64,000 nt of DNA from Hydrolagus colliei (GCA_035084275.1 CM068748.1:12772001-12836000); one strand, 5' to 3'. Numbered from the stretch's first letter, positions 48,718 to 61,538 are shown. Numbers and translations: made by a program. The notes: generated by a model not told the origin, from the sequence alone.

Positions 48718-48905
48718 TATACGTCTAATAATAATCCCTAAAATAATATTCAATCCACGACTGTTTGTAGAACACTGCCGTGCGCAAATGTCTGCCGGGT
48801 TTTGCCCACACATACACAGTTAATCCACTTTACAGTATATTCTGTGAAGCATCTAGAAGACATGAAAAGCACTATAGGATTATTATTATTATTATTATTA
48901 TTATA
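48718..48905 (+). mobile_element. 5'-truncated SINE
   Basis: acgtctaataataatccc..tcaatccacgactgtttg..cactttacagtatattctgtgaagc..gga(tta)n. Confidence 0.9.
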
Positions 48906-50559
48906 CTTGTAGTATGAGCTACAAGTAATCTTATAATCATGGACTAATAGAGAGTGTTAAAATGCATTTCACGTCTCACATTTAAAGAGTGCTTTGTAGA
49001 ATTCGTAATGATTTAGCATTTTGTATGCCAAGTTTTACAAATACGAGGTCAAATCCCTTTACAAGCATGCATTGGTGGAAAAAAAAGTTTCCAATTATGT
49101 ATTCAGAACTAATGATAGCTCAGTAATCCCAGATCCTTCTTATTCCTGAAAAGTCAATCTGATTTTGGTGTGAGCAGAACAACAACAACTTAAATTTATA
49201 AAGCAGAAGTACTTTTACTAGTGTATATTCAGTAATACAGAATGGTAGCAGGGACCTGGATCACTGAGGTCTCCAGGAAGCTGACACATTGTAAATAGCA
49301 AATTACTGAAGCAAGCCAAGCTAGCCGAACAAATTAAATGTTGTAAACACTGCTAACAAACACCAAACAGACTACCACCCAGAACTAAATCAAATCAAAT
49401 TAAGTCAGTCTGTAAATCTGTCCGCATTTCTTATGCCTTCGCCTTCAAATAATTAAGTTATTGTGATCTTGTTCATGCAAATAGATCACACAATTTGCCA
49501 GGATTGGAAGTTAAAGCACCAAAGTCCTGAACACTCTGGGGTGCAGGCTCCCAGCTGTTCAATACTCTGTACTGTATTTCGTGATTGTTGATTCTGCTGA
49601 TAAACAGACTGACTGATTGATTGATTGATTGGTCTTTTTATCTATAGATCGTGTTCTAAATAACCCGTCAATTAATGGATTTCAATAGATGCAACAATCC
49701 TGCTTGGTAAATTATCTGCTCCATACAATTGCACAACACATTAATTTAACGTACAATTGATGCACTCTAGCTTCTAGCTCTCACTTTAATTTACATTGCA
49801 TTGAATTAGTGTACTCTTTATTCTTTATATCAGATCACTTGCCCTACAGTCATTCAATGCTCCACAATTATCAAACCTAATAAGCATCATTAAATAGCAA
49901 GTCTGTGTGCACCTGCAGACGTGGATGTGAAAGGCACTATACAACTGTAATTTTGTTGTTGTTGTTGGTAGTGGTGGTGCAAGAGTCACCAACTGTTCTC
50001 CCAAATGAAACAGAAGGAGTGTACACCCATTGCTCAGCTCAACAACTCAAGTATTGCTCTTTGACCATGGAAGCCAAATAGAAACTGAGAGTGAGGAAGA
50101 AAATCATTTTGCAAATGAGGGCGGGCTGTGGCCTGTCATTGAGGAGAAGTCACTTCCTCAATCAATACGGTCAACACCTCATTTGTGTAGAGTTGGGGAA
50201 ATGAATTTCTTCCACAGGGCTAAGCAATCAATACAGTGAACAGCATGGCCTGAAGGGGGCTGAGGCTAACTAGTTGCCTGGAGCAGTTACTTGCAGTGTT
50301 AAGGAAAAGGTAAATTATTGTCGACCAAACCTTTGCCCCTAGGAGACTTCTCATCTAGTTTTGAAATGTGAAAAAATGAACCCCACCACCTCTAAATTTA
50401 GCTTTTGTGGGAATCAGCTAATAGTCAGGAAATGAAATAGTGACTGATTGTGTGAAGTGAGATGTAATAGCTCTATTCTGTTGGAAACTAGAATATGAAT
50501 GAATTCGGAAGCGTTCCAGTCATTCAGGGAAATATGTACATTCAGATAGCCTGAAACAT

Positions 50560-50988
50560 AAAAATGAGGCCTAAAACTGTGGCAATTTCTAATAGGGCAA
50601 CTGATTTAAGTGCTCAGACCATTAAACCAAGATATCTTTTGTTCAGGTAAACATTGAGTACTGTATATCATACCACTATTTGAAAAAAGATGGAAGTTTC
50701 TCTTCGTGTTCTGGACAACAATCCCCCAAATTAAACTGGTCATCAGTTCATGGCTGCTGTGATTTAACTCAGTCTAAAGCAAGGTTAGGAAGCTTCATTA
50801 TTTGTCAATAATATTTGTCAATCCAAATATTTTTTCACCAATTTACTCTAAAAGGAATAGCCAATAGCTTGTGCGACATTCAGCGAAACAAGATTCAGTC
50901 ATTATGCTTTACAGTATATTATGTGAACTACTTTGAAATGTCCTCCTGATGGAAAAGGCACTTTATAAAATGTAGGGATTATTATGAA
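50560..50988 (+). mobile_element. Older long Deu-domain SINE, decayed
   Basis: cagaccattaaaccaag..gttcaggtaaacatt..ccactatttgaaaaaaga..gttctggacaacaatccc..ctttgaaatgtcctcctgatggaaaaggcactttataaaatg. Confidence 0.7.
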
Positions 50989-51265
50989 GTAAGAGACAGT
51001 TTCAGAAGCATAAATGCAGCAGATGTGATTTGAATTGGACTTTTTTCCCCAGTGGTCCTGCTACCAGCCTGTTGGATAGGCCCTTTGTGAATGTTATTAA
51101 AGCCTAAACTCAGCATTTAAATGCTTTGGATTTTTTTTTTAAAAAGCGAAGCAGCAGCAAGAGATTTGCATCAATAATTCACTCCTGTCATCATGGAATT
51201 ATCTCCTCATGGCAAAAATTCAGAGTAGTCCCCAATGAACATTTTAACATTTATTTCAATTCACT

Positions 51266-51651
51266 AGACCTATAGACCTAATAGAGGTTTATAAGATTAT
51301 GAGAGGTTTCGACGGGGTGAATAGGAAAAGACTGTTTCCACTGGTGGACGAATCAGTGATTCGTGGTCACAGATTTAAAATAGTTTCGAAACGAAGCAGA
51401 GGGGAGCTGAGGAGAAATTTTTTCACTCGGCGGGTTCTTCGAATCTGGAATGCATTGCCTGAAAAGGTGGTGGAGGCAGATTCCAAAACAGCTTTTAAAA
51501 GGGAATTAGATCTTTATTTAGGAAGAGCAGGTCTGTTAGGTTATGGGGAGAAAGCTGGGCAGTGGGATTGAGTTGCTGTGTTCAAAGAGCCGGCACAGAC
51601 TAGATGGGCCGAATGGCCTCCTTTTGTGCCATAAAATTCTATGATTCTATG
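51266..51651 (+). mobile_element. Young CR1 LINE 3' end
   Basis: DLIEVYKIMRGFDGVNRKRLFPL..RGHRFKI..RRNFFTRRVLRIWNALP..FKRELD; 3' end gggccgaatggcct with (attctatg)2 tail. Confidence 0.96.
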
Positions 51652-52719
51652 ACTTCAGGATAGCTAGAAGTAATTTTATTTAGTAAATTGTTTTTGAAAC
51701 TGACTGTTTTGGTGTGTTTATGATTTGGATGAAGGATGCTGGTGTTCTATACTAAAACTCTTGCTCTTCTGAAACACACTGAAGCTAAGTGAAACATAGT
51801 AAAATATCTCGCACATCAGAATATTTACAGATGCATAGAATAAAGCTCCTTCTACTTTTTCCAATTGTATGTCTTAAATGCACTTGTACGGCACCAAATG
51901 ATATATTCTAATTTCTGAGTCATCCCTTCAGCCTTTCTCAATGAAACCCCAGTAATGTCCATAGATATACATAGCCCTTAGGAATTAAGTTTAATTTGAT
52001 TGAACCAGTCCCATATAGAAATCTTGAAGCTTGCATATATGAGTCTTTGAGATCTGAAAAGAGTTTTATGAAGTTCAATTTTGTGCAATTAGAAAAACAA
52101 AAGGGAAGATGTGACTCAAGGTTTAAAACAAAGCAAACCATTTGAAGATGAAAGTGGCATTTTGAACAAACAATAACAATTTGCATACGCTGCCCTACAC
52201 ATAGAATTGCATGTGAGAGGCATTCTAACCTAAACTCATAAAAAGAACCAGAAGGAATAATAATAGACTGCGAAAGCCATGAGTTTGAGATTACATGCAC
52301 AATACCTTGACCCTTTGGATGATTGAGTCATGAAACAGACTGCCTCAAAATACAACAAATAAAGGCCCTATTGAAATGTTCAAAAATGAATTAGATCAAT
52401 TACTGATTCAGCAAAGTGAGCATTATGTAGGCCTGGAGTAAAAACAGGAAAGTCAGACAAGGGCTTTGCGTAAATGAATCCTCCTGACATGAAAGACGCT
52501 CTGTAAATATAATTTTGTTGTTGTTCTTGAATAAACTATTCTCATTTCTACTTTGGTTAGACTATCAAACATGGTTCTAGACTAGATTTGAACAACAACA
52601 AGAAAATTACATTTGTATAGCTCCTTTCACGTTGGGAGGAAGTGTTTTCCTTCTTGCTATAGTAGGATAAGATAACCTCCAGTAACCTAATCACAGGGCA
52701 TTGTGTGAGCACTATCTAG

Positions 52720-54140
52720 TAGGGAACGGCGATATGGGAATTTTCCGGATATGGATATATCGGTTGGCTCATATCGAGATATACCGAAATACCGATATTT
52801 TCCGTTTTTTCGTACTGCGCATTCGGCGTGCGCGCGCATTCGGGGCCTATCTTCTCAGGAGGTAAATATATTTCTCTCTCTGTGTCTCTCACTCTCTCCA
52901 TCTCTGTGTTTTTCTGTCTGTGTCTCTCTATGTCTCTCTCCCTCTCTCCTCTCTCACATCCCCCCACATCTCTATCTATCTGTATATTATCACATCCACC
53001 CCGTCTCTCACCCCCCCCCCCCCCCGCCGTCCCTCTCTCGCACCCCCCACCCCCGTCGTCTCTCTCCCCCACCACCCCCCCAGCCGTCTCTTTCTCCCTC
53101 CCCCCCAACCCCGCCGTCTCTCTCTCCCTCCCCCCCAACCCCGCCGTCTCTCTCTCCCTCCCCCCCCAGCCGTCTCTCTCCCCCTCTACCCCCCAGCCGT
53201 CTCTCTCCCCCTCTACCCCCCAGCCGTCACTCTCCCCCTCTACCCCCCAGCCGTCACTCTCCCCCTCTCCCCCACAGCTGTCTCTCTCCCCCTCTCCCCC
53301 CCAGCCATCTCTCTCCCCCCCAGCCATCTCTCTCCCCCTCTCCCCCACAGCCGTCTCTCTCCCCCTCTCCCCCACCCCCAGCCGTCTCTCTCCCCCTCTC
53401 CCCCCCCCAGCCGTCTCTCTCCCCCCCCCAGCCGTCTCTCTCCCCTCTCCCCCTTCCCCCAGCCGTCTCTCTCCCCCTCTCCTCCCCCCCCCCCCCAGCC
53501 GTCTCTCCCCCTCTCCCCCCCCCCCAGCCATCTCTCTCCCCCTCTCCCCCCCTCAGCCGTCTCTCTCCCCCTCTCCCCCCCCCAGCCGTCTATCTGCCCC
53601 TCCCCCCAGCCGTCTCTCTCCCCCTCCCCCCAGCAGTCTCTCTCCCCCTCACCCATCCCCCCAGCCGTCTCTCTCCCCCTCTCCTCCTCCCCCCAGCCGT
53701 CTCTCCCCCTCTCCTCCCCCCCCCCCCAGCCGTCTCTCTCCCCCTCTCCCCCCCCAGCCGTCTCTCTCCCCCTCCCCCCAGCCGTCTCTCTCCCCCTCAC
53801 CACCCCCCCCAGCCGTCTCTCTCCCCCTCACCCGCCCCCCCCAGCAGTCTCTCTCCCCCTCACCCCCCACCCACAGCCGTCTCTCTCCCTCCACCCCTTG
53901 CATACCTGTATATTGTATTCGAGGACTATGAATACAAGATGGCGGCTTTGCACCTCGGTCTGTGCATTGTGTATAGAGATGAGCATTCTGGGTCTTGTAG
54001 TTGATTGTGCTCGCATCCCGATTTTTTACCTCGATATACCGTTTTTCGATATATCGTTATTTTTAAAATGTCTATATCGGCATATCGATATGAAAATCAT
54101 ATCGGGTTTTAGCGATATACCGATATGTCGCCGTTCCCTA
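52720..54140. mobile_element. Non-autonomous hAT-superfamily DNA transposon carrying a minisatellite
   Basis: 13-bp perfect TIRs tagggaacggcga (52720-52732) and tcgccgttcccta (54128-54140); 8-bp TSD ctatctag (52712-52719, 54141-54148); many subterminal gatat/atatc motifs; no transposase ORF. Confidence 0.93.
53000..53900. repeat. C-rich minisatellite with a variable unit of about 22-32 bp (cccagccgtctctctcccc(ctct)cccc)
   Basis: Tens of consecutive units with a near-invariant cagccgtctctct core and variable C runs. Confidence 0.97.
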
Positions 54141-54673
54141 CTATCTAGTCATCTGGCAATTTTTCATCTCTTAAAACATCAGTCAGCATGGCCCAACATG
54201 AAGACACATCACACCCTTAGATGTGTCACAGAATGGCAGGATGAAGGACTGTATGGGAGCTCTTTATCTCAGGCTCACTGTCATGGGAAACTACCCAAAG
54301 CTCTGCTACCCAGAATGAGGAACGCGGTCATTGGGCCTTTTGGTTACAGCAAAAATTCAGAGTGGTCCACAATGAACCTTTCAATATTTATTTCAATTCA
54401 CTTCAGGCTAGTTAGAAGTAACATTACTTAAGGATTTGTTTTCCTGAAACTGACTGTTTTAGTGGGTTTTATGATCATTCGATTGAGGGATGATACTCTA
54501 TCCTAAAACCGTCTTGCATCATGGGTTTCATTGTAAAATACCTCGCTCATCCAGAAGAGGTTAGTTTGGACACTTTTAAGCATGGCATTTTATACGTCAG
54601 TCACTTGGCTGACAAAAAACAATTTGTACCTTTCTCATGTAACTGCAATATCCATAAATATGTATAGAATAAG

Positions 54674-54905
54674 CAGTCCCGTAGCTCAGTGGTTAGAGTA
54701 CTCGCCTTACAAGCAAGAGATCTTGATTCAATTCCAGGCATGATGAAACCTTGGGCAATTTTTGATGTGTGCGATTTGCTGCCGAGTTTCGCCTACAAAT
54801 ATACAGTCAATTCACTTTACAATCTATTGTGTGAAGAGCTTTGAGACATCTAGAAGATGTGAAAAATGCCATATCAAATCAAATGATTATTATCAAATGC
54901 AAGGA
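54674..54905 (+). mobile_element. tRNA-derived SINE with an internal deletion
   Basis: gtcccgtagctcagtggttagag (A box), attcaattcc (B-like), aaaccttgggcaa, then 3' body and tail. Confidence 0.9.
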
Positions 54906-55001
54906 ATATGGAGATTTTTTAAAAAAAATCCATAAATAAAGCTTAAATTTATTATAAACCAGATTCCCTTGGGAACACAATGAATAGTTAAGGAACCTTA
55001 C

Positions 55002-55079
55002 CTGGTCTGTGCTTCTAGATTCCTCTGGTATCATCAAAGGAGATACAACAGATTTCTGTTCCTCAGTGGACACTGCCAT
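55002..55079 (-). CDS. Candidate first coding exon MAVSTEEQKSVVSPLMIPEESRSTDQ
   Basis: ATG with G at +4 and an upstream in-frame TAG; 26 codons ending at a consensus donor CAG|gtaagg; non-repetitive sequence; no homologue recognised. Confidence 0.3.
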
Positions 55080-57899
55080 CAGCTATTTCAATGCTCTTCA
55101 CAACATTACAGGAGACCAGAAGAGTCTCTGAAGGTCAATGCCAAAGGATTGTTAAGAAGGAGACGCACAGGGTGGAACAGACACTATTGTCCACAATATA
55201 CTGAATGCTGCCTAACTTTGAATCCTCAGAAACCAATTATAACAAGTTGTTAAACTGTAAGTGAATCTGTATGCACTATAATCTAACAACAATTTAACAA
55301 TTTACATTTACATTCATATATTTCATGCTGGGAGGATGTCTCAAAGCATTTTACAGAATTAACTTCCCAAGCTGGGGTGGGAGGGAGCTAAAGTGGATGG
55401 TGAAATAGTAACAATACTGTGATAAGTCTTCAAATCTCAAGTGCAGAAATGTATTGCATTGCATTTTCCGTGCTTCACTTGTTTCTCGACCCGCAAAAGA
55501 AGTTTCTACATTCGATTCCTTCAATTCAGCAGTTGATCAGGCAGGGAAACAGTTCGGAATTATTTCCTGATAAGTAGATGACTACGAAAGACTGATCTCC
55601 CATGTGAAACAGTTTCATTTAATTTCAGAAATAAATATTTGAGTAGGCCAGAAGTATCTAAAATACACTCTGACACTTCACATTTGTCATCATCTTTCAA
55701 GCCATTAAAACCCTTTAAATGTCCTTAATAAATGGCAATGTGCTTCTCCTTGCAACAATTGCCTTATTACACATTGCTGCTGTATTATAATGAGATATTA
55801 AAGGTGAGACAGCATAGGGCACTGAAGCAATGCTGACGAAGTAGGAATGTAGAAGAGGAACAGGCCAGTTAGTCAATAAGGTAAAGCTGCAGATTTCATG
55901 ATTAGTGGCTTTCTTCCTTTGCAAAGCCAATAATTATTTTTATAAGCGGTAAACATTTGTGGCAATGCAGCAAAGGTAACACTTGAAAGTTATTTTCACC
56001 CAAGAAAATAACGACATCAACAGTGTCAGTTCCTATGGTATTTAGTTCTACTTGTTTACACATGTACCTGCTCAAAGAAATAGTCTTTCACCTACCCTAC
56101 TTTTTCCCCATTTACTTTAACATCAAACATTATAGAATGCAGCGAATGTGATGAAAATGTCTATATTTTTCTCCCACCTTCAAAAATCTTCCAAATATAT
56201 GTCTCTTCAACTGTGCCTTTGTCAACTACAGTATTCAAATAACTATCTGGCAAGTGTTTTGCTGTGCTTTGCTTCGTGAAAATGGTGCTTACTGCAAGTC
56301 GTTGCAGTATTTTTGGATAGAATGGTGAGGGAGAGAGTTGGCTGCATTTTTCAATCTTGTCTGTCTCGATTCTTAAACAGGAAACAACACATTGTCCTTT
56401 GTTTTATTCTCACATTTTCTCCAATACAGTTTCTTCCTGCCTACAATCGGGAAAACAATTAAGTCACTATTTTCTTAAAGGGCCATTCATTTTAAAGAAA
56501 ACAAATAATGAGCAGACCCTCTATTTTTGTCATTCTTTTCCCCTCACATGACCTGCAAACACAATAATGCTGTTGATGGAATTTATTCCCCACACGTTTC
56601 TAAACTAAAATGGTTTGCCGAACACTTTTCCCACAATAGCCATGCCCTTTAAGTTCAGCAAGGAAAATCAATGCTTATTTTATAAGCAAAACTGAGGTGT
56701 GCACAATTTTACTCTAATTGGAACATTCAACGTAACTTTCCTCCTGATATAAAAAAGTACAAACCATATTGATTGCTGTTAAATGCAGAGCAAAGTTCAC
56801 GCCCTGGAAATGTACAATTATTTGACCCAGCTGATGAATTTAAGACCAGTTACATTTGTCGCGATTCGCTGCACTAGCATCTTTCACTCGATTTATTAAT
56901 GGCTGCAAATGTTGAAAGAAGTGGGATTGCTGCCTTATGGGTTGTTAGAAAAATACGTGGGCGAAAGCTTTTATAGCACAGAATGGTTTTCATACCAAAT
57001 GAATAATTATCTGGTATCTTGCAAATAACACTGCATTAGCCTATTCTGGAAACCTCAAATGGTTTTGATGCTAACCCATGTCTATCCCATTATAGCCCAT
57101 GCACATTAGGTTAGTCATTGACCTCATGCAGACCAAGGGGCTCTGAATGACCCAAATTCTTGCCTCCAAAGTATTCTTCTGTTGCTGCTGATACCTCAAA
57201 CGTAATTTCTGGCAGCCTTGCATTTTATCACAGACTGCCATTCTCAGTAAAACGTTAATGTCAAGTGAGTTCCTCATTGCACAGTGCAGCTCAATGGGCT
57301 GCACATAGTGTTCAAAAAGTGAAGCTAAATGGACTGAATAACACATTACCCAAGGAAGATTGAGTACTAACCAATGTGTTATACAGCTTTCCAGACTGAG
57401 CAATATATTACACAATTAGGGGAACTCTGTGGGCTGATCAGTGCATTTACACAAAGAGAAACTGAGTGGACTGAGTGAGGCATTGACACATGGACATTTT
57501 GAGGATTATAAATTGTGCTGAAAGTGGAACCTCTGTTGATTAATGAGTTACATTTACAAGCATATATCCAATAAAAGTTAAAGGAGCATTCATTCCTTTA
57601 GCACTAAAATCGGTATTGTAGCAGTTTGGGAGCAAATTTCAAACATAATTCACGTGATGTTACATTTGCTGTGACATCTGTTGTGCTGGTAAGGTAGAAG
57701 CGAACCGAGGGCTACGCCGGACATCTTTGCCAGCTATTTTAAATGAAGCATCTAGGGAAGCAGCTGATTGTCGGGTGGCTCCTTGACCCGCAATGAAGAG
57801 TTTGTTGCAGTCACTCCAACAATTCTGATCTATATGAGGGCAAGAAATTAAAAAAAATACTAAATAGTCACACACATGATTTATTCTTACAATATTTTC

Positions 57900-58072
57900 A
57901 TCACTGGTCACATCAATCCACAACTGTATGTGGGATACTGTTGTGCGCAATTGGTTGCAGTGTTTTGCCCACATATAGTCAGTTCAGTTTACAATATATT
58001 CTGTAAAATTCTTTGAGACATGTAGAAGACATGAAAAGTGCAATATCAAATGCAAAGATTATTATTGTTATC
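57900..58072 (+). mobile_element. SINE 3' half
   Basis: ggtcacatcaatccacaactgtatgtgggatactgttgtgcgcaattgg..ctttgagacatgtagaagacatgaaaagtgcaatatcaaatgcaaagattatt. Confidence 0.9.
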
Positions 58073-58171
58073 CTAGGAATTTTTGTTTTACCAAAACATA
58101 CCTCCCTCTACATTCAGGTTGAATCTAGTGGGAACATTTAGAGGGCTGATTTTTTTTTAGTGAAGCCAGTT

Positions 58172-58595
58172 TACAACACAACACTTGCATTTGTACAATG
58201 ACCTTCACATAGAGTAACTGCTCAAGGCACTGCACCAAAACAGGGTCAAAGGATGAGGAAGTGGAGCAAAAGGTAGGGAGATGGAGGAAGGAGAGATATC
58301 CATTGGCATGTTCAAAGTGGTAAGTTTTAAGAGATGAGATTGAGACAGATGGGGTGGGGGAAGGGGCAAAATGAATGAGTAAAGGAGGAGAGTTCCAAAG
58401 GTTAGGGGCTCAGCCATCAATTGTGATGCAGAGAGTGTGAAGAACATACAACAAGCCTGAGTTTGCTGAACAAAGGGAAGAAGCACAAGGTGCAGTAGAA
58501 GAAGACTAGAGAGACAAGGAGGTGCTCGGATATAAAGGGATTTTTAGGGGAGGATCTTGAAGTTAATCTACTGTAAAACAGCATGCCAGTGGATC
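58172..58595 (-). mobile_element. Decayed L2 3' fragment
   Basis: acaacacaac tail, purine-rich body, agagttccaaaggttaggggc (reverse complement APNLWNS), gaggatcttgaagttaatc (reverse complement INFKIL). Confidence 0.8.
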
Positions 58596-58965
58596 GTGTC
58601 TTAAATTTATATTAAAGAGAAACTATGGCTATGAGTACAATTTGTGTAGAATATTAACTTTTATTAGTATCACCCTCTGCATATGAGTAGATGTCTATTT
58701 TATCCATATTTTCCCTTATGCAGTCCTGGCCATTCCAATAAAGTTACAAAACCATCTAATTTCTTCAGTATTCATAGTTCAAGGTAATTTTTTCTACTAA
58801 AAATCCTTAACAGATGTTAAAAATTAAGTTGTCAATAATAATTATTCCTGCCAATTTATTTTGAAAGGTAGTTATATTCTTTCAACCTTCTTAATATTTT
58901 CCTATGTACTGATATTTAACATTGGAATTCTACACAGAATCAATGAGTATACATGTAATGTATTC

Positions 58966-59016
58966 AACGGTATTTGAACAAGCACAGTAACGGTATTTGA
59001 ACAACCAACGGTATTT
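58966..59016. repeat. Short triplicated motif
   Basis: aacggtatttgaaca twice plus aacggtattt, with short spacers. Confidence 0.8.
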
Positions 59017-61538
59017 AAAACTTGAAAGGCAATTTTTGCAATGTAACGCAGTGAAATAGTTTTACTGAGAACAAGGACTCATTCTGCTCAGGAAGTGAGA
59101 TCATTTTCAGGCATGGAACAGCACAGACATTTAACTCTTATGAATCGAGTAAACAAAATAACTGATGTCAGGCAAATTTCGTATGATGCCATTTTGCATT
59201 GAAATAAAAGTGATAAACTAAAAGTAACACCAGGAAACATAATAAATATTTTATTTTATCTGCAAACTCTCCTCAGATGGTTTGTACTAAACCAGTGGTT
59301 TTCAGACATAGCATGCTTTGTTTGATCAAACCAACTGCATGAAAACATGTAGCTCCCGCCATTTGAAATGTGTACAACTTAAGAGAGAGGATGTTAAAGT
59401 TCATTCACTGAGAAAAAGGCTGCCAATGGAGCCAGGTAAGGATGATGTGGAGGAGAGAGGTTGCAGGCTGTATTTCTGAATGGTCTGGAGCTTGTGGAGC
59501 ATGCAGTTGTAGAGTTTAAACTCAAATTCTGCTTTTTTTTTTGCTGATTCATCATATGGAACAGTTCAAATTTAATAGTTTAACCCAAGCATCTTAGAAA
59601 CAATTGGACATATATGGAAGCAATGCAAAAAAACAGAAAAATTACATAATAACTCCATGTTTTGTTCTGTCTACTTCTCGTTCTGCAGTTGTGTTCCAGC
59701 ATACAAACCTGTGTGAATGCCCTTGGTCCCAACAAAGTGAGATCTCAAATACAAAAGTTGACTGAGAGGCAAACCATCTATGAGTTGATTTTTCAAATTA
59801 GTTTTGGTCAAATTAAATTGGGAGCATTGTTTTAATCAAGGAAAGTAAGGTTGTAGGAAGCCTTACCCTGAAACATTCCTTAAATATAGGAGAAATTGAT
59901 GGGGAGAGAACAGCTTGTAACTATGTACTGTACTATTCATTAAAAAAAATTAGGTCAATAAAGTTTGCTGAGTTTACCGTTTGAAGCCTCAGCCGTAAAA
60001 GCATCAAACGGATGTTACACATGGATGAAAGCAATCATTAAAAAATTGCAACTTTTGCAGAGAAAGGCTCAATTTGATCAAATAACATCTCATAGCTGTG
60101 TTGAAAATGAGGCATGTGCTGTCAAGCACATTCAGTGGGTTATTTCAGGTGCACCAGAAAAAACCCATAGTTTTTGTGGTTTCTGAACAATGATCATCAG
60201 TATTAAAATTTGGCAAAATATCTTTGGGGAAATACAACTCATATCAAATGTGCCAAATATTAAGCATATTAGCAGTGAGTAATAATAGGCAGCAAGGTAA
60301 GCTACAATTCTGTTATTGCACCCTGAGACCCATATAAAATGGACGGTTCCCCAGTCTGGCGCTTATTAGGGTTTGAAGTGAGATCAGTGCAAGCTGTCTC
60401 TATCCAGTTGCTGATGTACAGAGCCTATGGTATTAAATTATCCATGATGTAGTTTGCAATCCTATTCAGAAAGACCACAAAAAATGACTGGTGTTGCAAT
60501 TGGACATCTGAATCCTGTATTGAGGTGCATTATGGAGAGAATGTGGACAGTTATTTCCCACACATTACACAACATTTCGGAATGTGTAAATAACATTAGC
60601 AGTAAAAAGTGGAACAATGTTCCATTTCCACTGCACTGACAGAATGAGTATTATTCTCAACCAGGATATGAACATGAATTACTTGCAGGGAATTATTCTA
60701 TTCCATATGTGTTTACCTCGCGTTTCAAGTTAAAGCTCTATGGCACCGAAGAGCAAACAGGGCTTGCTTAAATTCTTGTCAACTTCTCACACTTGCTACA
60801 ATTCACGGGAACATTTATATATTTAAGAAAAATTTAACAACAACTTGCATTTTTATAGTACATCTTGGAGCACTAAAAATTCAATCACTGCACCAAAAGG
60901 GAATCTAAATCTCTTTTATCCTTGAATAAGACGTAATTCAGCTTTCTATAGTCCATAAAAGGTTCTGTTTAATTGACACATAACACCCAATAGCTCTTTG
61001 TATTGACATTTAAAGTATTTATTTCACAAGAGTGTTGTTAAATCTTGACTTTTTTTTGGAAAGTGATAGTTTATAAATAACTGTTATAGAAAAGGAATGC
61101 AAGAACTGCCAGAAGCCAATAGGTTTGTGTGTTGCCTAAAGACAGGCTCCCTCTGTTGTGAAAACACATTTACTCAAACTGATCATATTTAGGTTCGGTT
61201 GACCGATATCCCCGTACTGCAAGACAACGAGTTAAATGTTCAGATGTCTTCTCCTCTTTACCCTTATTTCTGCCAACAGCCAACGCTCCCTCTGATTTAA
61301 GAGGCTACAGTCTTCAACAACAAAAGGTTGTGGTGCTCCAATGTCATACAGCTGAGGGTACTAGTCTATAAAGTATTTCCATCATCAGCAGTTACCCCTG
61401 CAACTAGCAATCCTGTTGCAGTATGACAAAGCAAATACTGAAAGTAGGTGTACTTCATAGAGGTGCAAAATCCAGTCAACAAATTAACAGTAGTGGGGTG
61501 AACACTTTGCACAAGGGCACAGTTTTGGTGCAATAGAC

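Noticed and set aside
52716-54431. Long Pro/Ser-rich and Gly/Glu/Arg-rich ORFs (up to 503 aa) in several frames
   Set aside because: Artefacts of the C-rich minisatellite, which lacks stop codons; they lie inside a TIR/TSD-bounded element and show no domain
58966-59016. CRISPR-like spaced repeat
   Set aside because: Only three short copies with spacers under 10 nt in a vertebrate context; ordinary microduplication
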